A DNA stretch of 64,000 nt, from the NCBI GenBank assembly GCA_900617105.1, contig UYFQ01000530.1:1-64000 (forward strand). The letters are read 5' to 3'. How positions within the stretch are numbered: the stretch's first letter is position 1; each line of letters opens with the position of its first letter. Below the pieces are notes generated by a model, which worked only from the letters and a program-made list of their open reading frames with translations, made no database searches and was not told where the DNA came from. Source of the DNA: Hydrurus foetidus (taxonomy: Eukaryota). Below are positions 11,188-21,136 of this stretch, one piece after another. Position numbers and translations under genes: made by a program.

Positions 11188-14100
11188 TTATCGGTAGTTC
11201 GCGATGAATTCGCGTGGTATTAAATGTTTAAGGTTCTTTTTTATCAAAAACTCATGTACTTTTTGCGACTTGCGCATATGTGTCCACGGTTCCCAGGTGT
11301 TGTGTTCCTGAGTATAGTTGAGCCATTTCACATGAAATGTGAGTGTTTTGTAAGCTCGAATGTTACCTTTCATTTCTAAAATATCTTCGATGAAGAATTC
11401 TAGGTAGTCCCTACGAGCTATGTCGGTTGGGTCTACATGAGTTGGGTCGAATTGGAAAGGTTTTAATTGTGTCATGTGGTACACTTTTTCTTTATGTGTT
11501 ATTAGATCGAGTAAAGTATACTCTGCGAAGTTGTGACTGACAACTCGCATCGGACCACGCCACAGTGTGTGCATGCGTGTTTCCGGTGTTGTTCGCTGTT
11601 GCACAAGTACATATGTATCGACTCCAAATTGTGTGATGTTGGGTGATTGTTGTGCATTGTGGATGTCGTCTGATTCTTTGAGTAAACGTGCAGTGATTTG
11701 GATAAGTTCATCCTGCAACGTCAACATTGTATCTGTTGATTTCGATAGTGAATGGGATTCCAAATCGATTTCGTCTCGCGGGAGTAGGATATTGGCATCG
11801 AGGTCGATAGCGTTGCCATAGATGAGTTGTGCAGGTGATACTTTCATACGGTCGTTTACAGTTGAATTTAGTATTCTTTGTACGAATGGTAGTATTTCCG
11901 CGTAATTTTCCGTTGTTGCGCGTTCGTACGCGTATGCGGTGATGTGACGATTTATTTCTTTGTTGATACGTTCGACGATAGCGTTTTCTTCTGAACAGTA
12001 TGGTAATATTTTGTTGTGGGTTGTACCAACAATTTTCACGAACTCATCGATAATGTGAGCGACGAAGTGTGGGCCATTATCTGATCGAAGTATAGATGGT
12101 GTGCCGTATCGGCCCACGTGTTCTATGAGTGCTTTGCACGCTGCTTTAGCTGTTGCATCAGGTGTAGCATAGAGTTCGACAAATCTCGAAAATGTGTCGA
12201 TCATAACAAGGATGTATCCTTTATCTGGGAATGGTCCGATGAAGTCAATATTAAGACATTCCATTGGTTTGTATGTTGATGTCGTGTACCTATATGCATT
12301 GATGGGATATTTCATAGCCGACATCTTTTGGCAACAAGGACAATTTTTATGAATGTTTTTACTGCGTCACGCATTCCCAACCATATGTTATTTGATTTTT
12401 TTAAGTTACGCAGAGTGCGTTGAACACCACCGTGTCCGACTGTAGTGTTATGACACTTTGCAATTATGTTATATTGCTCTGTCGTCATCGGTTTGTGTGT
12501 CAGAATTGCAGCTATTATTCCTGATTTAGGTAGCATTCTGTTTTACATAGGCGAGACATTGCATCGGCAATTTCGTTTTGTTTCCCAGGGATATATCCTA
12601 TCGTATATTCTAATTCTTGCAGGGCCATACGCCATCTGCTGACCATTTCGTTCTTGTCTTTTTCAAGGAACGTCAGATTTTTGTGGTCTGTTAGAATAGT
12701 GAATTTACGATCTCGTAGCAGTGCGTCGAGATAGGTACAGCAATAATATAGCGCGAAGGCTTCTTTTTGTATTACTGACCATTTCAGTTGAGTCTTGGTA
12801 AGAGACTTGCTTACAAGAGCGACAAGTTGTTTTTCCCCGTCGACTTCTTGATACAAATAGCCGCCTATACCGTAATCCGAAGCATCGGTCATTAGGGTTA
12901 TGGGCGCTGTATCGTGTATAAAATATAATAAAGGACTCTGTGCAATTAGATCTTTGATCTTTTGGAAAGAGTTCGCAGCGTCATCTGTCCAGATAAGCAA
13001 TGATTGCTTTTTCGCTGCGTGATCGATCATTTTATGCAGTGGTGCAACCACGTTAGAGTGATTTGGTACATGATCCCGAAAATAGTTGGTGAGACCAAGA
13101 AACGATCTTAGTTCGGTCGTCTTTCTTGGCATAGGAAAGTCGGTCACACCTCTTATTTTTTTAGAGCTCATAGTTATACCATCTTTAGATATTTGTTTAC
13201 CAACATATTCAACTAATTTTACATTTAGTTTAAGCTTTGCAGCTTTTAGTGATATGTTTTTTTCTTCGAGACGTTGAAACAATATTTCTAAACGTTCGCA
13301 GAACTCCTCAAATCCATTACCATAAACGATTATATCGTCGAGGTATACTTCACAAATGTGATATATTAGTCCCAGAAGGACTATTGTGGCCATCATTTCT
13401 TGGAAATATGAGGGAGCTCTTTTGGGTCCGAATGGTAGTCGGGTAAAGTGGTAAATACCCATAAAGGTGATGAACGCGGTGTACACGCGTGTACTCAGAG
13501 TCAGTGGGGCTTGGTGATAACCTGCAGTGAGGTCGATTACACCGAATGTGTCTGCCTTTTGTGAACCTAATCTCGCTAACATTTGTCTAATATTAGGAAT
13601 TGGCCAGCTTGCTGACTCTGTTGCATCGTTGAGGTGACGGTAGTCAATACAGAATCGGTATGAACCGTCTGGCTTAGACGCAAGTGTAACTTGTGAGTAG
13701 TATGATGCCTCTGATTTGACTATTATACCCTGTTCTAGCATAGTATCAACTTGTTTACGGATTTCAATTTGTTTCCGTATTGACGTTGGTCGGGGTGCTA
13801 CACGATTCCTGAATACTTTCCATTCTGGATCCCGTACGGGTAGTCCAAACGGTGGAATACGTGCAGGTTCCGGCCCGAGTTTGTTGTTGAAAAGCTTAAT
13901 GTGTTTGACACAGATTGCTCTTATTTTTGCTATTTGGTCAGGGGTACCATCGATGTGTATTAAATCGATGAGGTACATTTTATCCTCTGTTGGATTGTCT
14001 TGGAAAGGAGCGAAGGTATCCTTCGACTTGTAGTCAATCTCTTCGGGTCCGAAGGGTTGAACCTCCGGGAGTTCTTCACGCTCCCGGAGTAGAGCAGCAA

Positions 14101-15390
14101 CTAGACCACGCGTTTGGGCTGGTGCCTTGGATGAGGGAGTTGGAGTAGCTAATTCCGGACTCCTGTCGGTTGTTAAACCTAAATCACTGTGTCGGGGAGG
14201 TGACAACAAAACTGCTGCCTCGACCGTAGAGTGCACAGTGAACTCATCTAAAACAAGTTGAGCCGCTGCCGCAGCTGAACCTGTGGGACACCCGCATGAT
14301 GCAGTGCATGTCTTGCTTGTACAAGCACCTCGAGCCACCAGGTCGTCTTGCCATCGACTGTCTGCGTCTGAGGGTTTTATCCCCTCCTGGCTAGTTATAA
14401 CCAGAGGTATGTTGTGTGTGTTTTTATTTTGTTGCGTTGTGTCAGTGTAGGTGACGACATGTTCAGGTTCTGCATATAGCAGCTGTACTGGAATAGTTGT
14501 AAGAACGTCCGTTCTCGACTTTTGTAATTGTTTTGACGTCGGATGTGGAAGAAGTTCTGTTCCGATTTGATCTACATTTTGGAAGAATTCTGGAAGAATT
14601 TTTACCAGGTTGAGATCTTTGATTGTTTTTAATCCGAGGATTAAATCGACTTTGGAGTCTTCCGCAATTCGGACAGGAAGAGCGAAAGTGTATTTGAGAA
14701 AATCTTTTTTAAATGATACAACAATATCAAGCACATGTGTAGATTCAATACATTGATTATTTAGACCGGAACACATCCATAAGGGAGTGTCCGTTGTGCG
14801 CAAGTGGGGTTCGCCTTGCAGGCCCCGAAGGACTCTACGGTTGACTACGTCCCCAACTTGGCATCCGGTGTCGAGTTGTGCGAGAGCGGCCAAGTCGTTA
14901 CTTGGGCTCGTATTTGTTGGAGGAGGAGGATTTCCCGGAGGTGTTGTTGTCGTCCCGGCGGTTGTCTTTGTCTTTCGCCGAGTCGCGCGACTCTTCCTTG
15001 CGGGAGTTGTCACGGTCGCGATCGTTAGCGCGGTGGTTGGGACGGTAACCGGGGATCGGATCTGTGGTAGAGATATTGTTACTTGTAAGTAATCGTCTAT
15101 GTTTTCAGGTAATATCGCTGATAGTAGTTGTGTCATGTTTGGAATTTTCTGACTGTCGTCAGAATGCAATGTATGCGCGTCAGTCAATGACAACTTACTT
15201 TTGCCTTTGTATCCGAACTCTTGGCCGGTTTTGTTGTTGACGTTTCCGCGGCTACGGTTTGCGTCACGATCGGTGTTGCGGTCGTTGGCGTTGTTGTTGT
15301 TGCGTTCGTTATCGCGATCGTTGTTGGTACGATCCGACTTCGCATTGTTGTTGTTGTTGTTGTTGTTTTTGTTATTGTTGTGTTTGTTTT
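11188..15390 (-). CDS. pol: Pol region: aspartic protease, reverse transcriptase, RNase H, integrase and chromodomain (split by 1-nt frameshifts at ~12541 and ~12344)
   Basis: PR LDTG; RT YRFCIDYR and YLDDII; RH TDASDYGIGG, TDHKNL, ADAMSR; INT H-H-CPCC, IDFIGP, SDNGPHF, VERINK; GPY/F-like WRGPMRV; chromodomain FIEDIL...FHVKWLNY...NTWEPW. Confidence 0.95.
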
Positions 15391-17340
15391 GTTGTTGTTG
15401 TTTTGGGGTTGTTTCTCTGGACCCTTGTCGGTGGTGTCTCCTTCCGTGGGATAGATGTATGTGGACGCTCCATGATTGATGGTAGTTTTCGTCATTACCC
15501 CGTTGAGGTAGACGTTTGGCACGAAGTGAGGGTGGCCGATTCGGCGGAAATCGGCTGACTCCGGTGACTGTGACCACGTGGTGTGTGTGTTGTTACAGTG
15601 TGTGTTCATGAAGAGTGTACACGTGTAACGATTGTGGCCGACCACCCCACACGTGTGGCATGTGTTGGTGGAGCGACTGAGGCCGTTGTGTTCGTAGTCC
15701 TGTGAACGTGAGAACATGCTTTTGTATTGGGACTGCGGCACGTACTCGTTGGGTGGTGTGTCGGCCTGTTCCCTTAGGGTGAGTTTTGTTTTGAAGTGGT
15801 ATAACAATCCACCCATGTTTTGTGCGTCCTCAACTGTTCGGCGGGATTTCTGTAAACAGATGTTGAGGCGCTGAATCATGTCGGGGATGTTATCCTTCTT
15901 TTTCCCTTTGATGTATTTTTTGGTTTGGGCCATGAAGTTGTCGGTGAATTTGTTGTTGATGGGTAGCTTCTTGTAGAAGATTTTACACATGTCATCATGT
16001 GTTGTTGAGTCAATCAGAGAATATTCGCTGTAGTGTCCCAAGATGATGTCTCGGAACTGCGCGATTGAGGCGTCCTCGAGGGATTCGTCTTGCCAGCAAA
16101 ATTCGAATTGGAAATTTTTTAAAGATAAATCCAATTCGAATGTTGTCAGCGTACGTTTGTTATCGTAGTAGATTTTTTTAAGATCTTCTGCGATTTCCTG
16201 AAGGGTGAGTGTCCCCGAGGGGAGTTCGGGCCAGGCTTTACACTCAGCTCTGGTGTAACCGGTTTCCTTCATGTGTTTGACTAACCGATCTTGGATCGAT
16301 AGTCTCGCCTCTTTCTCAATGACTTCGTCCCATTTGGATTTAAATCCCGGGCGATATGCCTGTTGGTAGAAAAGGCGTGCTGCCTTATCCATTCCACCAA
16401 ACAGGGCTTTTCGGTCCAGGAAGAAAACCTCTCTCATATTAATGAGTGAGGTGGATATTTCTCGGGCTTCCTTTTGGGGGTCGCGGGACTCGAAGACGAG
16501 ATCTGTGTCATCTTGTTTGCGTTTTCGAATAGGTTTTTCAGCTGTCGGTTTAGACGCGACTGATGTTACCTTTGCTTTTGCTGATGATGTAGATGAGGAT
16601 GATGATGATTTGTCTTGTTTGGTAGCCCTTGCGGGCTTCTTCTTCGCCAGAGGCTTGATAGCCAATGGTTTAGATTTTTTAGACTTGACGACAGGGAGTT
16701 CGACAGCGTCTGAGTTTGACTTGTCGTCGTCGTTGTCGTCTTCCTCGTTGTCGTCGTTGTCTTCATCATCATCCTCGCCGTTGTCGTCGGCGTCGTCAGT
16801 GTCGCTGTTGTCGTCATCGTCCTCGTCCTCCTCATCATCGTCGTCGTCGTCGTCCTCCTCAGACGAGGAGTTGTCGTTCTTTTCCTCCTTCTCCTCTTGC
16901 GACTGTTTAACGTCTTGGTTGTTGTTGTCGTCATCAAGAGGAGTTGGTGGGGGTGACTCGACTGACTGATAGGGGCGTTGGTTTGTGTCGACGGATGCGA
17001 CGAGGTCCCTCATTTCTTCCTCGTCAGCGCCAACTTTGTCTGCCCATTCTTGCAGCTTAGCAATGCGTTCGCGTTCTGCGATGCGCATTTTATTTGCTTC
17101 GCGCTTGGTTATCTTGCCGCGAGCGGCTTCGTCTTGAAGACGTGTTGGGGTATCTCCGACTCGGATGGCTTCCTTAGCCAGAGCCGCAGTGGATTTTTCG
17201 ACATTGCGGAGGCGTTCCCGCTCTGCTGCTGCGTGTTTTTGCCTCGCAGTTTGCGGAAGCTGGCGCTGGTCGGATGGGTTCGAACCCTCAGAGATAGCAT
17301 CGCTAGAGCTCCGTTTGTTGGCATTTTTGCCTTTGGCCAT
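15184..17340 (-). CDS. gag: Gag with acidic low-complexity tract and CCHC zinc knuckle
   Basis: 718-aa ORF upstream of pol with CHTCGVVGHNRYTC (CX2CX4HX4C). It is probably continuous with pol across the frameshift at ~15387. Confidence 0.88.
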   Translation of the reverse strand: MAKGKNANKRSSSDAISEGSNPSDQRQLPQTARQKHAAAERERLRNVEKSTAALAKEAIRVGDTPTRLQDEAARGKITKREANKMRIAERERIAKLQEWADKVGADEEEMRDLVASVDTNQRPYQSVESPPPTPLDDDNNNQDVKQSQEEKEEKNDNSSSEEDDDDDDDEEDEDDDDNSDTDDADDNGEDDDEDNDDNEEDDNDDDKSNSDAVELPVVKSKKSKPLAIKPLAKKKPARATKQDKSSSSSSTSSAKAKVTSVASKPTAEKPIRKRKQDDTDLVFESRDPQKEAREISTSLINMREVFFLDRKALFGGMDKAARLFYQQAYRPGFKSKWDEVIEKEARLSIQDRLVKHMKETGYTRAECKAWPELPSGTLTLQEIAEDLKKIYYDNKRTLTTFELDLSLKNFQFEFCWQDESLEDASIAQFRDIILGHYSEYSLIDSTTHDDMCKIFYKKLPINNKFTDNFMAQTKKYIKGKKKDNIPDMIQRLNICLQKSRRTVEDAQNMGGLLYHFKTKLTLREQADTPPNEYVPQSQYKSMFSRSQDYEHNGLSRSTNTCHTCGVVGHNRYTCTLFMNTHCNNTHTTWSQSPESADFRRIGHPHFVPNVYLNGVMTKTTINHGASTYIYPTEGDTTDKGPEKQPQNNNNKTNTTITKTTTTTTTMRSRIVPTTIAITNATTTTPTTATPIVTQTVAAETSTTKPAKSSDTKAKVSCH

Positions 17341-17892
17341 CTTGAAAAGTCGTCGGCAGTTGGATCGATGGCGCTTCCTGTCTTGGTCAGCAACGGAACT
17401 CGGACGCTATGCTAAATGATCAGTAGGATGTGCTCCTTCGAAAGAGCTGTTGGTGGTATGTTAGCGGCTGTAAAAAGTGAAGATTAGATTAAGATGCTTT
17501 CCCCCCGATTTCGGGAGAAAATTGATGGAAAGTTGAATCGGACGGTGGAGCTCGCAGCACACGAAGTTGGGCGCGACGTCTGTAGGCTTTCGTTTACGAA
17601 CGAATTTGATGTTTTCACTTGCTTACAAGTTACTCGCTTGCGTTGTCCTTCAAGTTTTGAATGGAGCAACGATTTAAGTCGGAAAAAGTCGTCGAGACGA
17701 ACTTTTTACTGGAAGCGTTTCAGAGGCTGTCGCTTTGACAGAGCCTTTGTAGTGTGTTTTTATGATGTTTTCACTTATAAAAGTTACTCGCTTGGTGCGG
17801 CACGCCTTTGAAAAGGACGCTGCCGACTTTTTTTGGATGTTTTTGGAAGCTGGTCTCGTAGAGAGATCCTAGCTGATTCCAAATACCGGTAT

Positions 17893-18108
17893 TGTGGTCT
17901 CACTAGGACTCTGGGCTGGAACGGAGGGCTGCTGGAACGCGGGCGAAGGAAAGGGGGTGATGGGGCTGGTGCTATGGATAGCAAAGTGGTTAGCTTACAG
18001 ATAAACACAGCAGGTATCATGGCAATGAATCGTGTGGATCGGATCGTCCTCGATCCGATCCGAACGTACGCCTGTACCCGTACCGCCCGTACGGGTGTAC
18101 GGGTCACA
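17893..18108 (-). repeat. 5' LTR of the young chromovirus
   Basis: 216 bp, same sequence as 10604-10819, followed on the + strand by TSD GTGG. Confidence 0.95.
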
Positions 18109-18594
18109 GTGGCTGTAAATAGCTACGACGCTACAACAGTCTGCAGTGCACAGTAGTAGTACCCGGTAGGTCGATACCCGGTAGGATCCGGTATAGTCGG
18201 TACCCGGTAGGATCGGGACCTTGGCCCGGTACTATCACATTACCCCTACTCATTTCTCTTTCAAAGAAAACTAAGCTAAATCTAAACTAAATCGAAACCC
18301 CCGTTTCTTTGCAAACAATACTTAAATACATTTTAATCGAAGCAGAAATATACATAAAATTTACAAAATCGAAAATAAATAAAAATGAAAATTAAAGTAT
18401 TTACAAAAGAAAAGTAGCAGAGAAGTGGGGTTTGATGTAGAAAGATAAGGTGGGGTTGTACAAAACAGATTCGTTCTGTTGTACGAGGATCGAACGTAAT
18501 TATGTCAGATTTTTACTGACTAAAAAACCATACAAATCCCTCGAAAGGGCAAAAAATTAGGCTGAAAAATCTTCAAAAGATAACACGTTTGAGC

Positions 18595-20228
18595 TCAAAC
18601 CTCGATGGTTGATCCCTCAAGATTCTTAAGGATAAAATGTGACATGTTATTATCCGCCAAGTATACATGGAGTGCTTCACAGAGCTTGAGATTTTTCCAA
18701 GGCTCCCATGTATTATGTGAGTCAACATAGTTGAGCCATTTCACATGGAACGACATCGATGTCGGTTTCTTTTTATCACCGGCGTGATTGAGAACTTTTT
18801 CAACAAAATACTCAATGTAATCTCGACGAGCTGTATCAGCTGGCATGCCCATCGATGGGTTATAATTAAAAATCTTCAGATTTTTGACATGCACACTATG
18901 TTCTTTATGTGTGATTAAGTTCGCGAGAACATATTCGGATCCCATGGAAGATACCACTCGTAACGGATCTTTCCATTTGGTGTGTAACCGAGTTGGAGGG
19001 TGTTCTTGTTTTTGTAAAACATATGACCCTATAGGGAACACAGTCACACGTGGTGTCGACTTTTTGTGTTTATCATCATTTTTCTGTATCGACAGAATTG
19101 CAGCATCGAGGACCTTGTCCTGTACATCGATAAGATCGGTGATGTAAGTTGAATTTGAAGATGTTAACACTGGTAACAAATGAGGAGTCAGGATTCCTCT
19201 ATTCAAATCAAGTTTGTCGGCAAACAAAATCGAAGCTGGACTTGCATTCGTACTTTTATTAACTAAGCTGTTAATAATACGCTGAAAGAAAGGTATGCAC
19301 TTTGCATAACCTTCAAGAGACGGTGCATCGAACACCAGTCCCCTCAAGTGTCTGTTTACCTCTTTGTTGACTCGTTCAACAATAGCATTTTCCTGTGAGG
19401 AATAAGCTAAGGTAAGATTGTGGGGTGTACCCGTAAGATCTAAAAACTCCTTAGTGAGATCATTAGCGAAGTGGGATCCACGATCCGATCTAATCATATT
19501 TGGCGATCCCAATCGACCAAAATGAGCGAGCAAGAAGTCAGCCGCTGGCTCAGTATTGGCATCCTTACACCAGAACATTTCTATCCATCTGGAGAAGGTG
19601 TCTATAATGACAAGGATATACCCTTTATCAGGGAATGGACCCAAATAATCAATATTTAACGTATCGAAAATTGCATGAATCGAGGTTGAAAATGTTCTGA
19701 GTTGATTTTCGGTTCAATCGTACTTAATTTTTGACAACATGGACAATTTCGTATGAACGAGCGTACATGCTGTTTCATATTTTTCCATGCCTGGTTAAGG
19801 CTAAAAAGTCGTGTCAGAGTTCGGTCTACACCGTTGTGACCAACAATTGCATTGTGGCACATTTGAATGTAAACATGCTGTTCATCTGTCAGTAGCTCGA
19901 TAACCATTAAAGCCGACATAGTTGATGACATTGCCGAAGATGACGACGTATCATGATTTGTTGCTATCGTCAATGGCAGAGCAACCTGCGTAAGGTTCGG
20001 ACATAATCGTGACAATGCATCGGCTAATTCATTATCCGAACCCTTGACAAAGTGTGCGGTAAAATCCAGTTCTTGCATTGCAATAGTTACCATCGAGGTA
20101 GGGTTTTGTTTCATGTAAGTCAAATTCATATGACCAGTATGAATAGTGAACTTACGATCTCGAATGAGATAATCAAGTTGTTGGAAACAGTAATAGATAG
20201 CATAAGATTCTTTTTGAATTGTCGACAA
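18595..20228 (-). pseudogene. pol: Degenerate pol 3' part (RNase H end, integrase, chromodomain) of the older chromovirus
   Basis: QKESYAIYYC, ADALSR, CHNAIVGHNG...CPCC, GPFPDKGY, SDRGSHF, VERVNK, FHVKWLNY...NTWEPW. Frameshift at 19689-19692, small in-frame deletion (SMVT-IAMQELD) and a GP>DP change. Confidence 0.9.
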
Positions 20229-20342
20229 ATTTATCGAACTGTCCAGCAGGGCTGAACGCCATGTCGTTGTACAGTTCCCTGCAAAATTGTTTGGAAACCG
20301 CAATATCACCAGTTGATGAAGGGATTTCAGGCTGCAAACAAT

Positions 20343-21136
20343 ATGCTGTCTTCCGATGTCATGATCGGAAATGCTTATGGATTCCGAATGTGCGGCGACC
20401 TTCTTTTCTTCCTGGTATTAAAATGGCTCGACGTCACAGATCTTGTAGCTTTTGATGTTGCAAATCAGAGCAATCATTGGATGAGAACGAGGTGGCTGCG
20501 AGTACGAAGTGGTGTTGTTCATCTGAGGACTTTGAGGGGTCTTCTGCATGCGCATTTCTGGATGAGATGGTTCATAGATTGACGAGTGCGATCGTTGTCA
20601 ATGCAAGTTGTTCAGGGCTGTACAGGTCGCTTGACAAATGCGACATTTGAGAGCGTGCATCTTCCTGAGCTGACTAGCATAGAATTTGGAGCTGGCTGCG
20701 ATATCAGTGACGCTTCTGTCGCACTGATCGTCACAGGATGAACGAACTTGCTGAGTATCGAAGTATCGAAGTGCACAAGACTAACATCAGAAGCCTTAGT
20801 TGCAATAGGTCGGCACTGCGAAGGACTGACATAACTGAATATCAGTGAATACAATGGTGTTGAGGACAAGGCATGAGTGTGCTCGCGCAAGGATGTACAC
20901 AGTGAAAGTCAATCAACATCGGCTGGTGCGATAAGCTTACCAATGCATCACTGGCTGCGATAGGAGAGGCATGTATAGGACTGACGAGCATTGATTTGAG
21001 TCGTATCAAGAACATGACAGATTGATCACTGGCTGCTATAGGAGAGACGTGCAAGGGACTGACAAGCATTGATATGAGTCACGACCGCTGGTGCGTGACA
21101 AATGTCGATGTAGCAAGTCTGACCGAGTGATGCAGC
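20343..21136 (+). pseudogene. Unique 5' part of an F-box-like LRR (FBXL/AMN1-type) gene, disrupted
   Basis: DLLFFLVLKWLDVTDLVAFDVA (F-box-like), then LRRs such as LPELTSIEFGAGCDISDASVALI and LLSIEVSKCTRLTSEALVAIGRHCEGL. Stops at 20580, 20739, 20832, 20903 and 21128, a frameshift at ~20869 and a deletion at ~21022. Confidence 0.75.

Larger units (their letters stand above)
10604..18108 (-). mobile_element. Young full-length Ty3/gypsy chromovirus LTR retrotransposon (7.5 kb)
   Basis: Identical 216-bp TG...CA LTRs, 4-bp TSD GTGG (10600-10603 and 18109-18112), PPT, and domain order gag-PR-RT-RH-INT-chromodomain. Confidence 0.97.
10366..20228 (-). mobile_element. Older Ty3/gypsy chromovirus, 5'-truncated; its 3' LTR (10366 or 10509 to 10603, plus 18109-18239) is split by the younger element
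   Basis: On the - strand, PPT GAAAGAGAAATGAGTAGGGGTAA precedes TGTGATAG at 18239. Candidate matching LTR ends TGTGAT lie at 10366 or 10509, so the left boundary is uncertain. RNase H tail, integrase and chromodomain occupy 18595-20228; homology stops at STIQKESYAIYYC. Confidence 0.75.

Noticed and set aside
10996..11207. FW/FG/LV dipeptide ORFs
   Set aside because: Translations of the (TTTTGG)n microsatellite.
15184..15577. Programmed -1 gag/pol frameshift
   Set aside because: No X XXY YYZ heptamer was found in the gag frame at the switch, and the same single-A loss explains two other breaks inside pol.
20580..21130. Stop-codon reassignment (TGA read-through) to rescue the F-box head
   Set aside because: The stops replace different residues, include a TAA and coexist with indels; neighbouring genes end normally in TGA or TAG.
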